Source: Bdellovibrionota bacterium (GTDB taxonomy: Bacteria; Bdellovibrionota; UBA1018; CAIPTA01; JAALKR01). Taken from it: DNA of 64,000 bases. The translations under genes were made by a program, and so were the position numbers. Positions 58,778 to 64,000 of this stretch are shown in pieces (position 1 is the first letter of the stretch; each line of letters starts with the position of its first letter). The stretch is taken from positions 928,001-992,000 of the forward strand of contig CBDBMJ010000001.1 of NCBI GenBank assembly GCA_965207455.1, written 5' to 3'. Below the pieces are notes generated by a model, which had not been told where the DNA came from, did not search any database, and worked only from the letters and a program-made list of their open reading frames with translations.

Positions 58778-60175
58778 ATGAAAGAGTATGATCTAATTAT
58801 CATTGGCTCTGGACCAGGCGGCTATACGGGAGCTATTCGTGCTGCCCAGTTGGGAATGAAGGTCTTAATCATTGAAAAAGATAATTCCTATGGAGGAACT
58901 TGCGCTAATGTGGGTTGCATTCCATCCAAAGCACTCCTGGATTCCAGTGAACATTTTCACGCAGCCAAACAAGAACTATCCTCCCATGGAGTAAAACTCC
59001 CCACCGTGGAACTAGACTTACCCACCATGATGAAAAGAAAAAATACAGTGGTGGGAGAGCTCACCAAGGGCATTGCCTTTCTCTTGAAAAAAAATAAAAT
59101 TCAAACCGCCTGGGGACATGGAAAAGTACTGGACACGGGAAAAGTGGAAGTAAAGCAAAAAGGCAAGACAGAGGTTTTTTATGCTAAAAATATTATGCTT
59201 GCCACTGGAAGTAACAGCAGTGCTCCCAGCAATATACCCACCGATGGAAAATATGTGGTTTCCTCCACTGAGGCTCTTTGCTTTGAAACCGTTCCTCAGC
59301 ACTTAATTGTGATTGGAGGTGGTGCCATTGGTTTAGAATTGGGCTCAGTTTGGCTACGCCTAGGCGCCAAAGTCTCTGTAGTGGAATTTGCCGATACTTT
59401 GTGCGGAAATATGGACAGAGGAATGACAAAAGAGCTGGAAAAAATTTTAAAAAAACAAGGCTTTGAGTTTTATTTTCGCACAGGCGTAACATCCACAAGC
59501 ATAAAAAATGGCAATGTTGAAGTGCATGCAAAGGATAGAGAGAATAAAGAAATGACTCTCCAAGGAAACAAAGTGCTTGTGGCCACAGGTAGACGAGCCT
59601 TTAGCGAAGGACTGGGACTGGAAGCCCTTGGCATTGAAACAAATAAACAAGGTGTGGTCCGAGTAAACCAACAATTTGAAACCAATAGAAAAAATATTTA
59701 CGCTATTGGGGATCTCATTCGAGGTCCCATGCTTGCCCATAAAGCAGAAGAAGAGGGTGTGGCTGTTGCGGAAATTATTGCCACAGGCACGGGACATGTA
59801 AACTATAATACGGTCCCTAGCGTGGTATACACTTGGCCAGAGCTGGCTTCAGTGGGAAAAACCGAAGAAGAACTCAAAGCTGAGAATATAGAATACTCCG
59901 TGGGAAAATTTCCTTTTCTAGCCAACGGACGAGCAAAAGCATTGGGATCAAGCAGTGGCAGTGTAAAGATACTTGCCGACGCAAAAACAGACCTAATACT
60001 AGGAGCTCATATCCTTGGACCACGGGCATCGGACCTCATAGGAGAAGCTGTAATGGCAATGGAGTTTGGAGCAAGCAGTGAAGATATGGCAAGATGTTTT
60101 CATGCCCACCCCACTCTTTCAGAAACTTTAAGAGAAGCAGCTCTGGGAGTTGATAAAAGAACTCGACAGTTGTAG
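58778..60175 (+). CDS. lpdA: Dihydrolipoyl dehydrogenase E3
   Basis: Motifs GSGPGGY, GGTCANVGCIPSK and HAHPTLSE. Confidence 0.97.
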   Translation: MKEYDLIIIGSGPGGYTGAIRAAQLGMKVLIIEKDNSYGGTCANVGCIPSKALLDSSEHFHAAKQELSSHGVKLPTVELDLPTMMKRKNTVVGELTKGIAFLLKKNKIQTAWGHGKVLDTGKVEVKQKGKTEVFYAKNIMLATGSNSSAPSNIPTDGKYVVSSTEALCFETVPQHLIVIGGGAIGLELGSVWLRLGAKVSVVEFADTLCGNMDRGMTKELEKILKKQGFEFYFRTGVTSTSIKNGNVEVHAKDRENKEMTLQGNKVLVATGRRAFSEGLGLEALGIETNKQGVVRVNQQFETNRKNIYAIGDLIRGPMLAHKAEEEGVAVAEIIATGTGHVNYNTVPSVVYTWPELASVGKTEEELKAENIEYSVGKFPFLANGRAKALGSSSGSVKILADAKTDLILGAHILGPRASDLIGEAVMAMEFGASSEDMARCFHAHPTLSETLREAALGVDKRTRQL

Positions 60176-60500
60176 TGTAGAAGGCTTGGAGCCTTATTAG
60201 TAAACATTTGACAGGCATTTAATTATCTTATAGAGCCTGTAAGTTATTTTGTGTAACTGCGGTTTTAGCACCAAATCAACTCTCATCGTCAATGAAAAGT
60301 TAATTCAACTGCCGCTTCTATTTTTTTCCAGCAGCATTAACTGCTAGAAAATTATTTATATCAAATCCATCTCTCCGTGTCAATCATGAAATTAAAAAAA
60401 ATGTAAAATCTTAACGGGTAATAGCTTTCACTAAGTGAGTTTTAAGCAAAAACCATACAACCCCCTGGAACCCAAGGGGTAGTTTTTAGATAGCGAAGAC

Positions 60501-60686
60501 TAGCTAAATAATTTATATTTTACTTCAAGCGAAAGGTTACTCTCTTTTGCCTCAGAGATCGAACCTGCCTTCATATTCAATTGCAAATCGGATCCCATAG
60601 CTTTCACTCATTGAACCCTAGCTAAATAATTTATAAGTTACTCTCTTTTGCCTCAGAGATCGAACCTGCATATTCAATTGCAAATC
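60501..60686. repeat. Imperfect duplication of the transposase 3' end
   Basis: TAGCTAAATAATTTATA...GTTACTCTCTTTTGCCTCAGAGATCGAACCTGC...ATATTCAATTGCAAATC occurs at 60501-60589 and, with internal deletions, at 60619-60686. Confidence 0.88.
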
Positions 60687-61833
60687 AATTATGCAATGGC
60701 ATTGTCCATTTACGAGATGCCTGTTGTGTTGCTAAATAAATTAACTTTAAAGCAGACCCATCGTTTGGAAATATTTTTCTATTCCTAATGCTCTTACGGA
60801 TAACACTGTTTAAAGACTCTATCGCATTCGTTGTATAGATAACTTTTCTGATCTCATAGGGATAATCAAAAATAGAAATTAAATTTTCCCAATTATTCCT
60901 CCAAGAACGCTCTATCTGAGGATATTTATCCGACCATTTTTTCCCAAATGCATCTAGCGCTGTCTGGGCAGCTTCCAGTGTTGGAGCACCGTAAATTGCT
61001 TTTAGATCCTTAGCTACTGCCTTCTTATCTTTTGAGGGCACATATCGAAAAGAATTACGCATCATATGGACGATACATAACTGTATCTTAGCCTTAGGAA
61101 ATGCCGTTGTAATTGCTTCCGGAAAACCAGTTAGACCGTCTACACAAACAATAAAAATATCCTTAACTCCTCGGTTCTGCAAATCTGTTAAAACACTTAA
61201 CCAAAATTTAGCTCCTTCTTCACCTGCAATCCAAAGACCAAGGAGTTCCTTGTGTCCCGACTGTGTAACTCCCAATGCAAGATAGACCGATTTATTTCTT
61301 ACACGACCACTCTCATGAACTTTCACGACTATACAATCAAGGTATAGTATGGGGTATACCTTATCTAGGGAGCGACTCTGCCATTCCTTAACGGTATCTA
61401 TAACTGCATCTGTGACATTAGAGATAACCGTATGGGATATTTCTGCCCCACCATAGAGTTCCTTAATTGTTTCCTGAACATCTCGTGTGGTCATACCTCG
61501 GCTATACAGAGCCAGTATAGTGTCCTCAAAGCCCTCTAAGCGAGTTTTCCCTTTTGGGATAACTTTAGGCTCAAATGAGGCGTCTCTGTCTCTAGGAGTG
61601 CTCAAATCAAGCTCACCCTTATCACATTTTATCGTTTTTGAGCTGTAACCATTGCGAGTATTCTTTCTTCGATTACCCAATTTATCATTTCTCTCATAGC
61701 CCAGGTGATCATCTAACTCTGCATTGAGCGCAGATTCAAAAATCGTCTTTGTTAGCTGACCCATGATCCCTGAAATATCTTTTTGTGTTTTTACACCCCT
61801 GGCAAGTTCTTTGCCTATCGCATCAATATCCAT
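60685..61833 (-). CDS. IS256-family DDE transposase, C-terminally truncated
   Basis: Motifs RNGYS, PRDR..SFEP, YLDC, CVDGL and YTTNAIES. It ends at WTMPLHN*; the normal tail RFAIEYEGRFDL* lies displaced at about 60552-60590. Confidence 0.9.
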   Translation of the reverse strand: MDIDAIGKELARGVKTQKDISGIMGQLTKTIFESALNAELDDHLGYERNDKLGNRRKNTRNGYSSKTIKCDKGELDLSTPRDRDASFEPKVIPKGKTRLEGFEDTILALYSRGMTTRDVQETIKELYGGAEISHTVISNVTDAVIDTVKEWQSRSLDKVYPILYLDCIVVKVHESGRVRNKSVYLALGVTQSGHKELLGLWIAGEEGAKFWLSVLTDLQNRGVKDIFIVCVDGLTGFPEAITTAFPKAKIQLCIVHMMRNSFRYVPSKDKKAVAKDLKAIYGAPTLEAAQTALDAFGKKWSDKYPQIERSWRNNWENLISIFDYPYEIRKVIYTTNAIESLNSVIRKSIRNRKIFPNDGSALKLIYLATQQASRKWTMPLHN

Positions 61834-61961
61834 AACTACTTTCTCCTTCTGATGATTCATCATACCATTTGATGATTCCACCATATTATAAGTTAAGCAG
61901 TTACACAATTTACTTTACAGGCTCTTAATTCACGTTTAATGCCGTACAAAAAATCTATTTT

Positions 61962-62744
61962 TTATTTACAAATCTCTTTTAAAATTATGTTTTCATTTTT
62001 CTGAATCTTTTTTATTTCAAGATACCTTTTACATTCCTTAGAGCTTGCCGGGTCTTTTTTACTCCATAGGCTAATAATTTTTTTATTCTTTTCAGTAATA
62101 ATTCCATACTTTGGATAAGTAGTATCCATGTAAAGATAAATTCTAGCAATATCTCCTCGAATTTCATTTTTTGGCTCTACTACCTTTTTAGATTTATCAA
62201 TTTCGATATCGCAGTTCCCAAAATTTCTAGCCTCTCCATTAATCTCTGATATATCGTAATTGCTTCTTAAAGCATTGACTTGACCGATGGCAGGAACAAG
62301 GTTATAAAGGTCTGATTCCATAAGCTGAAAAGTTTTATTAACTTTACTTAGGCACTTCCTTCCTTTATAAGTTTTTTTTCGTTTTTTATTCGCACATTTC
62401 TCATGACCATTTTTCCATTCTATAAAATTCTTTCCAAAAACAGAGGCTGGAACAACATGCTCCCATTCTATTTTGTTTGCCCTATTTTTGTACTTTTTAT
62501 TAATTTTATAGCCACATATACTAAAGTCTATCTTCCCATTTAAAGAATATTCACAGGAGCAATGAAAAGTTTCTTTTCCTAGAATTGTATAAATCCTTTT
62601 TAACTTTGTCTTTGCAGAACTAAAATTTTCCACTATCTTATTTTTTTCAGGAGTTATTTTCTTAATAGTCTTTAGCTTTTTGTCTACAAAAGAAGAGCAA
62701 GCACTTAATAAAAGAAGCAAACTAATTGTAATTATTTTATTCAA
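61962..62744 (-). CDS. Endonuclease I (EndA/Vvn-family His-Me nuclease), lipoprotein
   Basis: Lipobox LSAC and motifs IEWEHVVPAS, DLYNLVPAIGQVNALRSN and RGDIARIYLYM. Confidence 0.9.
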   Translation of the reverse strand: MNKIITISLLLLLSACSSFVDKKLKTIKKITPEKNKIVENFSSAKTKLKRIYTILGKETFHCSCEYSLNGKIDFSICGYKINKKYKNRANKIEWEHVVPASVFGKNFIEWKNGHEKCANKKRKKTYKGRKCLSKVNKTFQLMESDLYNLVPAIGQVNALRSNYDISEINGEARNFGNCDIEIDKSKKVVEPKNEIRGDIARIYLYMDTTYPKYGIITEKNKKIISLWSKKDPASSKECKRYLEIKKIQKNENIILKEICK

Positions 62745-62773
62745 GAAACCTCCATATATAAAGCTAATAAAAT

Positions 62774-63139
62774 TTAATTCATTTTAAGATTAATAAGACT
62801 CCACGTACCTGATCCTTCTTCATTTGAAATAATACAAGTATAGCTTGTCCTAATCATTGCCCCGAAAGAATTTTGAGAATCGACATAAGAAGAAAGTTTG
62901 TATTTATGAATTTTATCAGTGGAATCATCGCTTAAATAAATGGCATCACTGTAGGGAAATTTTGCACTATAAGGAGATTTAAGTCTTTTTTTCACAAACT
63001 CTTCACACATCATTGTTGCGTCAATAGTATTTTCACTGCCAGTTCGTCTAGGTCTTGGTGAGCCATCTCCGCTTCCAGCACTTAGTGCAATGAATATTAA
63101 TAATGCTAAAAAATTGAGAAAATGATTTACTTTATTCAT
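62774..63139 (-). CDS. Hypothetical exported protein
   Basis: N-terminal hydrophobic segment and VKKRLKSP.SAKFP...VDSQNSFGAMIRT.YTC, a pattern often seen in mobile regions. Confidence 0.7.
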   Translation of the reverse strand: MNKVNHFLNFLALLIFIALSAGSGDGSPRPRRTGSENTIDATMMCEEFVKKRLKSPYSAKFPYSDAIYLSDDSTDKIHKYKLSSYVDSQNSFGAMIRTSYTCIISNEEGSGTWSLINLKMN

Positions 63140-63596
63140 ATATAATCCTTTTATTGTTATTGAAAATATAAAATGAAATAAAATAAAAAATGACTGTGAT
63201 AAAAGCATCTATAGGGTCAAAAACTCCTGGAACTACTGATAAATACTGCCCTATCTCGAAAATTAGAGCTATCAAAAGAAAACCAGCAGACCAAATTATT
63301 GGAAAAATTTTATGCGATTCTTTCCAAATAATAAAAGTTAAGCTCGTAAAAGAATAAATCCAAAGACCTGTTGGGAAGGAGTATATAATAATATCTGGCA
63401 GGGTAAATATTAGCTTTGTTCTAATAAAAAATATGCTGCTTTCCAAATATGGAAAATTACTTATCCAATGAAAAACAAATATACTAACTGGACGATAAAA
63501 TAGATAGATTAATGTTCCAACCAGTATAGGTGCAAACACATGAATAAAAAAAATCGAGAGCTTTGAACTTGAAATCTGTTCCAATACTTTTTTCAT
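63132..63596 (-). CDS. Hypothetical integral membrane protein
   Basis: Four TM segments, IIYSFPTGLW.YS and EIGQ....PGVFDPID. Confidence 0.7.
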   Translation of the reverse strand: MKKVLEQISSSKLSIFFIHVFAPILVGTLIYLFYRPVSIFVFHWISNFPYLESSIFFIRTKLIFTLPDIIIYSFPTGLWIYSFTSLTFIIWKESHKIFPIIWSAGFLLIALIFEIGQYLSVVPGVFDPIDAFITVIFYFISFYIFNNNKRIIYE

Positions 63597-63909
63597 TCTG
63601 ATTAATTTCCTCATTGTGATCTTGAAAAATATCCTTATCTTACAAATAGGCAGATTCTCTTTAATTTTGCCATTCACTTAAAGTGCTATTCCCTCATATC
63701 AAGTATGCCTTTATTGCTAAAATTCCAGACACTTTTTCATATCGAAAAAAACATTGTATTTCTTTAGAAGAATTTGTGAAACGGAGAGAATTCGTGTCAA
63801 AGAAAAAATAAATACAAGAAAGAGTGTTAAAAAATTCTTCATTTGAACTCCAATACCGTGTATGAAAAATAATCATGCGTTTTGATCAAAAATAATTTAA
63901 CCTTTTAGA

Positions 63910-64000
63910 ATGTTTCCTGATCTACCAATAATAAAAAATGATAAGAAAAAGACGATTGAATCACTGAAGAAGGGCATTATAGAGTCTGTTAGAATAAGCC
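63910..64000 (+). CDS. 5' fragment of an ORF running off the window
   Basis: Open from ATG to the window end (MFPDLPIIKNDKKKTIESLKKGIIESVRIS). Too short to assign. Confidence 0.3.
   Translation, partial: MFPDLPIIKNDKKKTIESLKKGIIESVRIS

Larger units (their letters stand above)
60233..61924 (-). mobile_element. IS256-family insertion sequence
   Basis: 28-bp terminal inverted repeats (60233-60260 and 61897-61924, 24/28 identical) flank an IS256 transposase. No target-site duplication seen. Confidence 0.9.

Noticed and set aside
25738..61924. Composite transposon bounded by the MITE and IS256
   Set aside because: The 36-kb interval is mostly housekeeping genes, and the outer flanks share no target duplication.
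63694..63876. 60-aa minus-strand ORF
   Set aside because: No RBS or motif and an AT-rich context; likely spurious.

Overview
Bacterial chromosomal window of moderately low GC, most consistent with a Bdellovibrionota/Oligoflexia-like organism. This is an inference from the RCC1 and BspA lipoproteins, the PEGA-type Ser/Thr kinase, the eukaryote-type AdoMetDC and recurrent sigma28-like promoters. Housekeeping blocks include fbaB, tal, hppD-hmgA, sufE, rlmH, sufC-D-S-T-B, clpS-clpA (frameshifted), speD-speE, yebC, pdxS-pdxT, rpsR-rplX and sucA-sucB-lpdA. These alternate with AT-rich accessory patches. The strongest candidate for an undescribed system is at about 19.5-28.1 kb. It contains a two-gene operon (GNAT/acyl-synthase-like protein plus a heme-oxygenase-like diiron enzyme) under a sigma28-like promoter and a divergently transcribed unknown protein. 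Next to these are an MMPL transporter fused to a LolA-like domain, an outer-membrane beta-barrel and a secreted possible lipid-binding protein, which together suggest a lipid or small-molecule synthesis, export and sensing module. Other observations: an IS256 with a scrambled 3' end, an 83-bp MITE derived from its terminal repeat 34 kb away, a tyrosine-integrase relic, five sigma28-like promoters in front of signalling genes, an atypical rpsR-rplX pair, a stand-alone HisKA microprotein, a secreted FG-repeat peptide and many small tandem duplications. No tRNA, rRNA or CRISPR array was recognised. All protein calls come from motif recognition by eye; no database search was run.
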